Source of the DNA: an uncultured Bacteroidota bacterium
GTDB lineage: Bacteria; Bacteroidota; Bacteroidia; Flavobacteriales; BACL11
Length of the DNA stretch: 55,826 nt
Assembly: GCA_902579065.1 (NCBI GenBank)
Contig: CACHFI010000003.1
Location: 1-55,826, forward strand
Direction of reading: 5' to 3'
Positions 37,262 to 46,369 of this stretch are shown in pieces (positions within the stretch are counted from its first letter, which is position 1; every line of letters begins with the position of its first letter). A program made the position numbers and the translations under genes. The notes below the pieces were generated by a model. It was not told the DNA's origin, did no database searches, and worked only from the letters and a program-made list of their open reading frames with translations.

Positions 37262-39235
37262 TTAATATAAACTTAATTCAAGAACCTTTTTCTTTAATCT
37301 TGATTTGGCTAAAAAATTATCCTCTAAATTATTAGAAAAAGGAACAGGAGTATCAAGGCTTGAGCATCTTAGTACTGGAGCATCCAAAAATTCAAAGCAA
37401 GTTTCAGAAATTAAAGATGAGATATCTGCTCCATATCCACCAGTCATACAATCCTCATGCAAAACAATTGCTTTTCCTGTTTTTCTAACAGAATTGAAAA
37501 TAATTTCTTTATCTAATGGAACTAATGTTCTTAGATCTATGATTTCAATTGAACATTTAACCTCATTTAAAAGATCTTGTGCCCAATGAACTCCCATTCC
37601 GTATGTTACTATAGTCAAATCATTTCCTTCATTAACAATCTTTCCTTTTCCCAACTCAATAGTATAAGTATTATCTGGAATATCTTGTGAAACACTTCTA
37701 TATAATGCCTTATGCTCAAAAAACATTACTGGATTTGGATCATTAATTGAAGAGATTAATAAACCTTTTGCATCATAAGGAAATGCTGGATAAACAATTT
37801 TTAATCCTGGAGTATGAGTAAACCATGCTTCATTAGACTGAGAATGAAATGGACCAGCTCCAACTCCAGCTCCTGTTGGCATTCTAATAACTACATCTGC
37901 ATTTTCATTCCATCTATAATAAGATTTTGCTAAAAGATTAACAATTGGATTAAATCCAGTACTAACAAAATCTGCAAATTGCATTTCAACAATTGATTTA
38001 TAGCCATTAATTGAAAGACCGTAAGCTGAACTTACAATTGCAGATTCACATATTGGCGTATTTCTTATTCTAGATTTACCAAATTTTTCAACGAAACCAT
38101 CTGTAATTTTAAAAACACCGCCATATTCAGCAATATCTTGACCCATAATAACTAAATTGTCATGAATCTCTAAACTTTGCCTTAGACCGTCTGAAATTGC
38201 GTCTACAAGCCTTTTACTACTCTTTTGTTCATCAAACTTCTCTTCATGGTGTTTATATGGCATATAAACATCAACTACTTCATTATTGGATACTGAAACA
38301 GTTTTTGACTCATTTTCAGCTTCTTGCCATGATGTATTTATTTCTTCTTTAATTTCAGATTTAATAAAAGTAATTTCTTCAAAACTTAATATATTAGATT
38401 CAATTAAAAAATTCTCATAATTAGAAATTGGATCCATCTCTGCCCATTTTTTCATAAGATCATCAGGAACATATTTTGTTCCAGAAGCTTCCTCATGTCC
38501 TCTCATTCTAAATGTCAAACATTCTAAGATTACTGGCTTTGGTGTTTTAATAATATCTTTCTTTATTTCTTTTACAGAATTATAAACCTCAAGGATATTA
38601 TTACCATCAATTGTATAAGCATCTATCCCATATCCTATTCCTTTATCTGCAAAACTTTTACAATTATATTGCTCTGAATTTGGGGTAGACAAACCGTAAC
38701 CATTATTTTCAATAATAAAAATTACAGGTAAATCCCATACGGATGCAATATTTAATGCTTCATGAAAATCTCCTTCACTTGTTCCTCCATCTCCAGTAAA
38801 AACTACAGTAAGCTTGTTATTTTTCTTTAATTTGTTGGCTAGTGCAATTCCATCAGCCACTCCCATTTGTGGACCAAGATGCGATATCATCCCAACAATA
38901 TGATGTTCTTTTGAACCAAAATGAAAAGATCTGTCCCTTCCCTTTGTAAAACCATTTAATTTTCCTTGAAATTGAGAAAACAGACGATTTAAAGGAACAT
39001 CTTTTGAAGTAAATACTCCTAGATTTCTATGCATTGGCAAAATATATTCATCTTGATCCAAAGCCATTGTAGAACCAACAGAAATTGCTTCTTGACCAAT
39101 ACCAGAAAACCATTTTGAAATTTTTCCTTGACGAAGGAGAATAAGCATCTTCTCCTCTACCATTCTTGGTTTTAAAAGCCCCTTATATAATTTAATAAGA
39201 GTTTTTTCATCAAATTTTTTTCTGTTAAATTTCAT
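37262..39235 (-). CDS. Fused 2-oxoacid (branched-chain type) dehydrogenase E1 component, alpha+beta subunits in one polypeptide
   Basis: The alpha part carries the TPP motif GDGGTSEGDFHEALN...IIENNGYG. The beta part has MGQDIAEYGGVFKIT...RNTPICE. I use the Met at 39235 (MKFNRKK) rather than the track start 39289, because a -7-like box sits just upstream of 39235. Confidence 0.85.
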   Translation of the reverse strand: MKFNRKKFDEKTLIKLYKGLLKPRMVEEKMLILLRQGKISKWFSGIGQEAISVGSTMALDQDEYILPMHRNLGVFTSKDVPLNRLFSQFQGKLNGFTKGRDRSFHFGSKEHHIVGMISHLGPQMGVADGIALANKLKKNNKLTVVFTGDGGTSEGDFHEALNIASVWDLPVIFIIENNGYGLSTPNSEQYNCKSFADKGIGYGIDAYTIDGNNILEVYNSVKEIKKDIIKTPKPVILECLTFRMRGHEEASGTKYVPDDLMKKWAEMDPISNYENFLIESNILSFEEITFIKSEIKEEINTSWQEAENESKTVSVSNNEVVDVYMPYKHHEEKFDEQKSSKRLVDAISDGLRQSLEIHDNLVIMGQDIAEYGGVFKITDGFVEKFGKSRIRNTPICESAIVSSAYGLSINGYKSIVEMQFADFVSTGFNPIVNLLAKSYYRWNENADVVIRMPTGAGVGAGPFHSQSNEAWFTHTPGLKIVYPAFPYDAKGLLISSINDPNPVMFFEHKALYRSVSQDIPDNTYTIELGKGKIVNEGNDLTIVTYGMGVHWAQDLLNEVKCSIEIIDLRTLVPLDKEIIFNSVRKTGKAIVLHEDCMTGGYGADISSLISETCFEFLDAPVLRCSSLDTPVPFSNNLEDNFLAKSRLKKKVLELSLY

Positions 39236-39328
39236 CAACAAATAATATATCATCAAAAGTATTGAATAATTCTTTACTTTGTACAACATTTTTAATCTAA
39301 AGATTAGAAATATTTTCTATTTTCTAAC

Positions 39329-40213
39329 TTGAATATAAAATTGAAAACTAAATTTATAATTAACCCTATTGCTGGAACAGGAAAGCAATCTAATATTGAA
39401 AACAGTATTTTAAAAAATATTGATAAGAATCAATTTAATTATGATATTGAGTATACATCTGGGCCTAATCATGCTACTGAAATTTCAAAAAAAGCTGCCA
39501 AAAACAATTATGATCTAGTTGTTGCAATTGGTGGAGATGGAACTGCAAGTGAATGTGGTATAGGATTAATTGGAAGTGAAACATCGCTAGCAGTAATTCC
39601 ATGTGGATCTGGAAATGGATTTGCTTATCATTTCAATGTAAAAAGAAAGATTGATGAAGCTCTTTTACAACTACATCACAACAAAATTAAATTTATAGAC
39701 AGCTGTTTAGCAAATAATTTAAATTTTATTAATGTTTCTGGAATTGGTTTTGATGCACACATTGCTAATCTTTTCGCATCAACTAAGAAAAGAGGTTTCT
39801 TTTCCTATATTAAACTAACGCTAAAAGAACTTTCATACAAAGCAAAAAAATATAAAATCAAATATGATAATTTCATGGAAGAGTTTGAGGCATATGCTAT
39901 AGTTTTTGCTAATGCAAGTCAGTATGGAAATGATGCGAGAATTGCTCCCAATGCAATTGTTGATGATGGATTATTAGATTTTATAATAATTAAAAAATTT
40001 CCTAACTGGAAAATTCCATTTTTTGTAGCTGATGTTTTGAGAGGAAAAACTCACCTAAACAAAAATGTAAAAATTATTAGAACTAAAAATATGCTTATTG
40101 AGACAGATTTCCCATTGGTACATCTTGATGGAGAGGTTAAAAACCTATCAAATAAAATCTTAGTTGAGACAAAAAACAAAAACTTTAAAGTATTTATTCC
40201 TGATGAAAAATAA
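39329..40213 (+). CDS. Diacylglycerol/lipid kinase family protein (YegS/BmrU type)
   Basis: FIINPIAGTGK and VVAIGGDGTASE motifs. No ATG is available, so the start is TTG at 39329 or TTG at 39341. Confidence 0.85.
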   Translation: MNIKLKTKFIINPIAGTGKQSNIENSILKNIDKNQFNYDIEYTSGPNHATEISKKAAKNNYDLVVAIGGDGTASECGIGLIGSETSLAVIPCGSGNGFAYHFNVKRKIDEALLQLHHNKIKFIDSCLANNLNFINVSGIGFDAHIANLFASTKKRGFFSYIKLTLKELSYKAKKYKIKYDNFMEEFEAYAIVFANASQYGNDARIAPNAIVDDGLLDFIIIKKFPNWKIPFFVADVLRGKTHLNKNVKIIRTKNMLIETDFPLVHLDGEVKNLSNKILVETKNKNFKVFIPDEK

Positions 40214-40538
40214 GAGAAAAAAATTAAATTTTTATTCAACAAATCCTGATTTTATTGCAGAAGATTTTGAAGAAATTAATGAAAAAATAATTGAACCAAA
40301 ACAACAAAATCTTGAAGTATGGATAGATAAGCATAGAGCAGGAAAAACAGCAGTTATTATTAAAAATTTTATTGGCTCAAAAGAGGAGCTTAAAAATTTA
40401 GCAAAAAAATTAAAAACTCACTGCGGTGTTGGAGGTAGTGTTAAAAATAATGAAATAATTATCCAAGGAAATGTGAGAGAAAAAATAATGGATTTGCTTG
40501 AAAAAGATGGTTATAAATTTAAAAGAGTTGGAGGTTAA
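40203..40538 (+). CDS. yciH: Translation initiation factor SUI1/eIF1 homolog (YciH-like)
   Basis: MKNKRKKL...RAGKTAVIIKNF...LKTHCGVGGSVKNNEIIIQGNVREKIMDLL. I use ATG 40203, which overlaps the kinase 3' end by 11 nt. The track start 40164 lies inside the kinase gene. Confidence 0.8.
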   Translation: MKNKRKKLNFYSTNPDFIAEDFEEINEKIIEPKQQNLEVWIDKHRAGKTAVIIKNFIGSKEELKNLAKKLKTHCGVGGSVKNNEIIIQGNVREKIMDLLEKDGYKFKRVGG

Positions 40539-40541
40539 AAG

Positions 40542-40624
40542 TGCCCAGAGCGGGAGTCGAACCCGCACGTTCTTAGAACACATGACCCTCAATCATGCCT
40601 GTCTACCAATTTCAGCACCTGGGC
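40542..40624 (-). tRNA. tRNA-Leu (anticodon GAG)
   Basis: Reverse complement: GCCCAGG...CATGA-TTGAGGG-TCATG...variable arm...GCGGG-TTCGACT-CCCGC-TCTGGGC-A. 83 nt. No encoded CCA. Confidence 0.9.
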
Positions 40625-40630
40625 AATAGA

Positions 40631-40666
40631 ACAAAAATAAAAAAGAATCCCGCATTAAGCGGGATT
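40631..40666 (-). terminator. Hairpin plus T-run between tRNA-Lys and tRNA-Leu
   Basis: 8-bp stem aatcccgc/gcgggatt (40646-40666). On the minus strand it is followed by CTTTTTTATTTTTG. Confidence 0.5.
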
Positions 40667-40675
40667 TTGTTTATG

Positions 40676-40748
40676 TGACCTGGCTGGGGCTCGAACCCAG
40701 GACCCTCTCCTTAAAAGGGAGATGCTCTACCAACTGAGCTACCAGGTC
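40676..40748 (-). tRNA. tRNA-Lys (anticodon UUU)
   Basis: Reverse complement: GACCTGG-TA-GCTC-AGTTGGTA-GAGC-A-TCTCC-CTTTTAA-GGAGA-GGGTC-CTGGG-TTCGAGC-CCCAG-CCAGGTC-A. 73 nt. Confidence 0.95.
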
Positions 40749-40762
40749 AAATAAATCGGCTG

Positions 40763-40770
40763 CAAATATA
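40763..40770 (-). promoter_or_regulatory. -7 promoter box for tRNA-Lys
   Basis: Minus-strand TATATTTGCA, 14 nt upstream of the tRNA 5' end. Confidence 0.4.
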
Positions 40771-40850
40771 TTACTTTTCTTTTCTATAAAACATCCTTTT
40801 AATTAAATATTTAAAGATTAAATCAAATAATTATTAAAAAAATATTGATT

Positions 40851-40858
40851 TATATTTG
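40851..40858 (+). promoter_or_regulatory. -7 promoter box for aroK
   Basis: TATATTTG, 20 nt upstream of ATG 40879. Confidence 0.45.
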
Positions 40859-40878
40859 AGATGATTTTTAATGTATAT

Positions 40879-41397
40879 ATGAAAAATATTTTTCTAGTAG
40901 GTTTTATGGGATCAGGAAAAAGTAGTATTGGAAAAAGTCTTTCCAAAAAACTTAATTTAAATCACTTGGATACAGATAGGATTATAGAAAAACAAAATTC
41001 AATGTCAATAAAAGAAATATTTAATAATAAAGATGAAAAAATTTTTAGAAAAGAAGAATTTAAACTGATCACTACTTTAAGTAAAACAAAAAATCAAATT
41101 ATTTCTACCGGAGGAGGGTTATTTTGTAATAATGACATAGTAAAATATATAAACGAAAATGGTATTTCAATATATTTAAAATATTCATCTGAAATTCTTT
41201 ATGAGAGATTAAAATCAAATAATGAGGATAGACCAAAATTAGCACATATTAAAAATGAGAAACTTAAATCTTTTATAGATAATTTATTAGCTGAAAGAGA
41301 TAAATATTATAGAAAAAGTACGATAACGGTTGAATGTAATGATTTAAAAAAAGAAGAAATATTAAGAAAGATAAACTCCCTTATCATTACTGGTTAG
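40879..41397 (+). CDS. aroK: Shikimate kinase
   Basis: MKNIFLVGFMGSGKSSIGK (Walker A) and STGGG. ATG 40879 is preferred over the track start 40861, which lies only 2 nt after the TATATTTG box. Confidence 0.9.
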   Translation: MKNIFLVGFMGSGKSSIGKSLSKKLNLNHLDTDRIIEKQNSMSIKEIFNNKDEKIFRKEEFKLITTLSKTKNQIISTGGGLFCNNDIVKYINENGISIYLKYSSEILYERLKSNNEDRPKLAHIKNEKLKSFIDNLLAERDKYYRKSTITVECNDLKKEEILRKINSLIITG

Positions 41398-41862
41398 ATC
41401 TACTCTAATATATTCTTTTAGTGTTGTAGATAATGATAAGCCAACATAATTAGCTTTTATAGGGTAAGTATTATGATTTCTATCCACTAAAACCAATACT
41501 GACATTTTTTTAACTGGAGTATTTAAAAATGCTTTACTACAGTACATTAAAGTTCTTCCAGAATATAATACGTCATCAATAAGTACAACTGATTTATCTT
41601 TATATTCATTACATGAGATAGATAAAGATATCTCATCGTATGGTTTTTCTCTATTGAAAGAAATTTTAGAAACATTAGGTTTTAAATTTGAAATTTTTCT
41701 AAGATTATCATTTACAATATTTGCAATTAAATGACCCTTGTCACCAATTCCAACTAAAAAAATATTCTCATCATCAAAATTATTTTCATAAATCTCCCAA
41801 GATAGCCTTAAAATTTTCTGAGAAATTTGGACATGATCTAAGATTTTAATTTCATTTTTCAT
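41362..41862 (-). CDS. Phosphoribosyltransferase family protein (PyrR-like)
   Basis: 166 aa. PRPP-binding motif VVLIDDVLYSGRT. The N-terminal half is PyrR/UPRT-like. A regulatory role is not demonstrable. Confidence 0.75.
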   Translation of the reverse strand: MKNEIKILDHVQISQKILRLSWEIYENNFDDENIFLVGIGDKGHLIANIVNDNLRKISNLKPNVSKISFNREKPYDEISLSISCNEYKDKSVVLIDDVLYSGRTLMYCSKAFLNTPVKKMSVLVLVDRNHNTYPIKANYVGLSLSTTLKEYIRVDLTSNDKGVYLS

Positions 41863-41866
41863 ACCA

Positions 41867-41874
41867 CAAATTTA
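41867..41874 (-). promoter_or_regulatory. -7 promoter box for the PRTase gene
   Basis: Minus-strand TAAATTTG, 4 nt upstream of ATG 41862. Confidence 0.45.
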
Positions 41875-42061
41875 AGTAATTAAGCTAAATTCTTACAATA
41901 ATATATGCCAAATTACTATAAAAATTTAATACAAAATAATATATATATCTTTTGTTTATATAAATATATATAAAATACTGATTTACAATTAAATAAAATA
42001 TATTTTGACATTTTGTCATGCGACTTTTTTATTATAAATATCACAAAAATTATTAGTTTTT

Positions 42062-42069
42062 TAAATTTG
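42062..42069 (+). promoter_or_regulatory. -7 promoter box for trmD
   Basis: TAAATTTGCA, with the box 4 nt upstream of ATG 42074. Confidence 0.5.
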
Positions 42070-42073
42070 CATA

Positions 42074-42748
42074 ATGAGAATAGACATAATCACAATTTTT
42101 CCAGAATTTTTTAATAGCTCTTTAGATTTTTCGATTTTAAAAAAAGCACAAGAAAACAATATTGTTGATATTCAAATTCACAATTTAAGAGACTATTCTG
42201 AAAACAAACAAAAAAGTGTTGACGACTATCAATTTGGTGGTGGAGCTGGAATGGTTATGAATATTCAACCAATTTACAAATGCATTGAAGAGCTAAAGAG
42301 TAATAACTCCTATGATGAAATCATTTACCTTACTCCAGACGGACAAAAGCTTAATCAAAGCATTTGTAATAATCTATCATTAAAACAAAATATTATTTTA
42401 CTCTGTGGGCATTATAAGGGAATAGATCATAGAATTAGAGAACATCTTATAACTAAAGAAATTTCAATTGGAGATTATGTGATAACCGGAGGAGAATTAG
42501 CTGCTAGCATCTTGACTGACGCAATTGTAAGGCTTATTCCCGGAGCAATATCAGATGAAACTTCTGCTTTAAACGATTCATTCCAAGATGATTTATTACC
42601 CCCTCCTATTTACACTAGACCATCAGACTTTAATGGATGGAAAGTACCTGAAGTTTTGCTTTCTGGAAATCAAAAAGAAATTGAAAGATGGAGAGAAGAA
42701 AAGTCAATTGAAAGAACTAACAATCTTAGACCGGATTTATTAAGTTAA
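42074..42748 (+). CDS. trmD: tRNA (guanine37-N1)-methyltransferase
   Basis: 224 aa. [35 protein letters not shown]. Confidence 0.95.
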   Translation: MRIDIITIFPEFFNSSLDFSILKKAQENNIVDIQIHNLRDYSENKQKSVDDYQFGGGAGMVMNIQPIYKCIEELKSNNSYDEIIYLTPDGQKLNQSICNNLSLKQNIILLCGHYKGIDHRIREHLITKEISIGDYVITGGELAASILTDAIVRLIPGAISDETSALNDSFQDDLLPPPIYTRPSDFNGWKVPEVLLSGNQKEIERWREEKSIERTNNLRPDLLS

Positions 42749-42825
42749 AATATTAACCTGAATCTATTTATTAGTTAAAAAATAATCCTTAATATTGCAA
42801 ACGATTTTTTTAAGAGTAAATAAAC

Positions 42826-43173
42826 ATGGATATTATCAAAGAAATTTCAGAAGAACTTCTCCCATCAGTTGAATTACCAGAATTTAAATCTGGAGACAAT
42901 ATAACTGTTTATTATAGAATTAAGGAAGGCAACAAAGAAAGAATCCAATTTTTTAAAGGAGATGTTTTGCAAAGAAGAGGATCTGGATCAACAGAAACAT
43001 TTACTATTAGAAAAATATCTAACGGAATTGCAGTTGAAAGAATTTTTCCTGTAAATTCTCCTGTTATCGAGAAAATAGAATTAAATAAAAAAGGAAAGGT
43101 AAGAAGAGCTCGTATTTTTTATCTTAGAGATTTAACTGGTAAAAAAGCTAGAATTAAAGAACTAAAAAAATAA
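42826..43173 (+). CDS. rplS: 50S ribosomal protein L19
   Basis: 115 aa. [29 protein letters not shown]...FTIRK...GVERIFP. Confidence 0.95.
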   Translation: MDIIKEISEELLPSVELPEFKSGDNITVYYRIKEGNKERIQFFKGDVLQRRGSGSTETFTIRKISNGIAVERIFPVNSPVIEKIELNKKGKVRRARIFYLRDLTGKKARIKELKK

Positions 43174-43174
43174 T

Positions 43175-45082
43175 TTATTTCTTTTTCACAAAAAACTCAG
43201 TCCTCCTATTTATTTTTCTCTGCTCATCATTAAGATTTGCGTTTTTAGGTTTACTTTCTCCATAACCTTTATAGCTTAATCTACTAGCTGGTATTCCATT
43301 TTTAATCAATTCATTATAAACTGCTAAGGCTCTATTTTCAGATAGTTTAAGATTATAGTCTATTTCTCCAATATCATCTGTATATCCATCAATTGATATA
43401 ATTAAATCACTATTCAATTTTAAATACTCTGCAAATTCAAAAACTATTTTTTTAGTAATTTCATTAATAGAATAAGAATCTAAATCAAAATAAATATTAT
43501 CTAAAACAAAAGATTCTCCTTCCTCTATGTTTTTAATTTCAAAATCTAATTTTTTAGGAGAATTAAATGAAGTATCATTACAACTAATATATCGAGAATT
43601 AAAAGCGTATCCCTTTTTCTTAATTGTAATTAAAACATCATCATATTGTGATAAAGTTAAAGCAGCAGCATAATTACCACCATTTACCTTTATTTTTTTT
43701 ATCTCTTGAGTTTTAAGATTTTTAATTTCTATCTCTATATCATTTATTATTTCACCTTGCTCATCATATATATCTCCTTTCAAAAATAATACCCTCTCAG
43801 GCTTTACATCGTCATATAAATCAAAATAATACATATCCCAACCTCCTATACCCTCTAAATTATTTGATGCAAAAATTGCTTTTTCACCATCAGTTGTTAC
43901 AAATAATGAGATTTCATTAAATGAAGTATTTATAGGGAAACCTATATTTTTAGATTTTTGCCATTTATTTAATGAATCTTTTTTAGAAATAAATATATCA
44001 TAACCTCCTAAAGAAGGAAAATTATCTGATGCAAAATATAGAGTTTTACCATCCGGATGTATAAAAGGAGATTTTTCATTATTTGGACTATTAATATTTG
44101 GACCTAGGTTAACAGGCTCTCCCCAGACTCCAAGATAATTTTTTGTTATTTTATAAAGATCAATACCTCCATATCCCCCATCCCTATCACTAGCAAAGAA
44201 AAGTGTCTTCCCGTCAGATGATAAAGAAGGTTGAGATTCCCAACTATATTTAGGACAAATTTTATCGCTTAATGATTCAATATCACCCCATACACCATCA
44301 ATTTTCTCTGAAAAATAAATATCACAATTATTATAATTTCCTGATATTTTTGAACATTTTGTAAAAAACAATAAATTATTATTTATACTTAAAGTTCCAC
44401 CTCCCTCATTATCCTCAACATTAAATGGCTTTGGCAAAGGATTTCCTTCATCAAAAGCAAATGAATTTTGTTTACTAATCATGAACTCCTCCTGAAATGT
44501 TGGAGTTATTATATCAATACCTTTTTTTAAATATCTTCTTGTAAATAGGATATAATCTTGATCAGGTGAAATAGCAGGAAGATATTCATCATATTCTGTA
44601 GAAATACCTGAAATTATTTTTGGATTATATTCAACTGGATTATTAATAATATCTGATAAAATTTTAACTCTTGGCAAAAAAACAAGAGCATTTTCTAAAT
44701 ATTGACCTTCTAATCCTAATTGAATACTATTTTTTAAAAATTCATATGATTTAACAAAATCCTTTTCTTGAAAAGAAATTTCAGCAAGTATATAACAAAC
44801 TACAGGAAAACCTTCATCACAGATATAAAGAACTTCATTCGCTATTTTTTTTGCATTTGAATTATCACCTTCTAACCATAATATTTCAGCTTTTAATGCA
44901 TTAAATACAGGATGTTCATTATAACTTCTAATTATATTTTTTGCTTGATTAAAGTCCTTATTTTTAATTAAATTAACTACTCTTTTAGACGCACGTTTTT
45001 TCTTAAGTGACTTTAAGCTACAATTTTGTGATGAAATACTTCCTCCAAATAAAAACAAAACTAAAAACAGTAAGATTCTCAT
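43175..45082 (-). CDS. OmpA-family peptidoglycan-associated protein with TPR and TolB-like (PD40) beta-propeller repeats
   Basis: 635 aa with a signal peptide. Repeated SPDG/SSDGKTLFFASDR-type PD40 motifs. C-terminal OmpA domain IDGYTDDIGEIDYNLKLSENRA...NRRTEF. Confidence 0.9.
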   Translation of the reverse strand: MRILLFLVLFLFGGSISSQNCSLKSLKKKRASKRVVNLIKNKDFNQAKNIIRSYNEHPVFNALKAEILWLEGDNSNAKKIANEVLYICDEGFPVVCYILAEISFQEKDFVKSYEFLKNSIQLGLEGQYLENALVFLPRVKILSDIINNPVEYNPKIISGISTEYDEYLPAISPDQDYILFTRRYLKKGIDIITPTFQEEFMISKQNSFAFDEGNPLPKPFNVEDNEGGGTLSINNNLLFFTKCSKISGNYNNCDIYFSEKIDGVWGDIESLSDKICPKYSWESQPSLSSDGKTLFFASDRDGGYGGIDLYKITKNYLGVWGEPVNLGPNINSPNNEKSPFIHPDGKTLYFASDNFPSLGGYDIFISKKDSLNKWQKSKNIGFPINTSFNEISLFVTTDGEKAIFASNNLEGIGGWDMYYFDLYDDVKPERVLFLKGDIYDEQGEIINDIEIEIKNLKTQEIKKIKVNGGNYAAALTLSQYDDVLITIKKKGYAFNSRYISCNDTSFNSPKKLDFEIKNIEEGESFVLDNIYFDLDSYSINEITKKIVFEFAEYLKLNSDLIISIDGYTDDIGEIDYNLKLSENRALAVYNELIKNGIPASRLSYKGYGESKPKNANLNDEQRKINRRTEFFVKKK

Positions 45083-45085
45083 TGT

Positions 45086-46369
45086 TTATTTTTTAGAAGA
45101 TGATAAATTTAATTGATTATCAGAAGAGGCAACTATTGTTGCAACAGTTGCATCTCCGGTAACATTAACTACAGTTCTCAACATATCCAAAATTCTATCA
45201 ACAGCAAAAATTAATGCAATTCCTTCAGGATCAATTCCAATAGAACTTAATACAATGACCAACATTACCATTCCAGCACCAGGTACTGCTGCTGCTCCTA
45301 TAGATGCTAAAGTTGCTGTAAGTACAATAGTTAGCTGAGCAGATAAATCTAAATCATATCCAAAAGCTTGTGCTATAAAAACTGCTGCGACTGCTTGATA
45401 TAGTGAGGTTCCATCCATATTAATCGTTGCACCCAAAGGCAATACAAAGGATGACACTTCCTTTGAAACTCCAACATTATTTTCACATCTATCCATAGTA
45501 ACAGGTAATGTTGCAGCTGAAGAAGAAGTTGAAAATGCAAGCATTTGGGCTGGAGATATTGCTTTGAAAAATGAAAAGTAATTAACTTTTGTAAACAATT
45601 TTAGTAGTAATGGATATACTACAAATATCATAAGTAATAAGCCAAAAGAAACTGTTAAAGAATAATAACCCAATGCTAGAAAAAGATCAATACTAGCTCC
45701 AAAGTCCACAACTAGAGAGGCTAATAAAGCGAATACACCATATGGGGCAAACCTCATTATAAGATCAACCATGTATAGAATTATTTCATTAACTCCATCA
45801 AAAAAACCTCTAACATATTCAGTTTTACCATCAGGGATAACTATAATAGCAATACCAAATAGAATTGCAAAGAAGATTATTTGTAACATATTTTTATTTT
45901 TAGAAGCAGAACCAATAATATTTACAGGAACAATATCAACAATAAATTGTAATGGACCATTATTTTTTAAATTATTAGCATCATTAATTTTTAAATCGGC
46001 TTTTGAAGAATATTTTTCTCTCAATTCAATTTTTTTCTCTTCAGAAAAACTATCTCCAGGCTTGATTGTATTAACAAAAAACAAACCAATTGTAACAGAA
46101 ATAACTGTAGAGAAAAGATATAGCATAACTGTTCTTGATCCAATCTTTGACAAACGAGAAATATCAGATAAAGAAGCAACTCCTTTGATTAAAGATGCAA
46201 AAACAAGTGGAACTGCAATAAGTTTTAACAGATTAACAAATATTATTCCCCATGGTTTAATCCAATCTGTAGTAAAATTGTTATAACCCATATTATTTGC
46301 AAAAATCCCATAAACAATTCCAAAGAACATACCGATTATAATTTTCCAATGTAATGCTAAATTTCTCAT
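45086..46369 (-). CDS. Dicarboxylate/amino acid:cation symporter (DAACS family)
   Basis: 427 aa. Multiple TM and hairpin segments, with SSSAATLP and ...NMDGT... motifs typical of GltP/GltT-type carriers. Confidence 0.9.
   Translation of the reverse strand: MRNLALHWKIIIGMFFGIVYGIFANNMGYNNFTTDWIKPWGIIFVNLLKLIAVPLVFASLIKGVASLSDISRLSKIGSRTVMLYLFSTVISVTIGLFFVNTIKPGDSFSEEKKIELREKYSSKADLKINDANNLKNNGPLQFIVDIVPVNIIGSASKNKNMLQIIFFAILFGIAIIVIPDGKTEYVRGFFDGVNEIILYMVDLIMRFAPYGVFALLASLVVDFGASIDLFLALGYYSLTVSFGLLLMIFVVYPLLLKLFTKVNYFSFFKAISPAQMLAFSTSSSAATLPVTMDRCENNVGVSKEVSSFVLPLGATINMDGTSLYQAVAAVFIAQAFGYDLDLSAQLTIVLTATLASIGAAAVPGAGMVMLVIVLSSIGIDPEGIALIFAVDRILDMLRTVVNVTGDATVATIVASSDNQLNLSSSKK

Noticed and set aside
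39236-39289. N-terminal extensions implied by the longest ORFs (BCKDH 39289, SUI1 40164, aroK 40861, aroC 47451, hutI 47436, DUF481 11126)
   Set aside because: The extensions overlap neighbouring genes or promoter boxes. They add hydrophobic or non-conserved residues ahead of N-termini that already match family consensus. Internal ATGs positioned just downstream of TAnnTTTG boxes fit better.
41900-42010. AT-only tract with alternating (AT)n and imperfect symmetry (atatatatatcttttgtttatataaatatatata) in the PRTase/trmD intergenic region, as a possible PyrR attenuator or replication element
   Set aside because: It cannot form a stable G/C-containing hairpin and has no PyrR-binding-loop-like sequence that I recognise. 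It lies between two divergent promoters, so it is most simply AT-rich promoter spacer DNA.
45771-46286. 171-aa plus-strand ORF antisense to the DAACS symporter gene. Similar antisense ORFs occur at 12209-12604, 21095-21451, 22981-23334, 23359-23703, 35418-35879, 37305-37589, 46688-46936, 50769-51035, 53558-53926 and 54401-54763.
   Set aside because: Each is fully contained in a gene with strong family motifs on the other strand. Their sequences are Ser/Ile/Phe-rich mirror translations with no start-site promoter box or recognisable domain.
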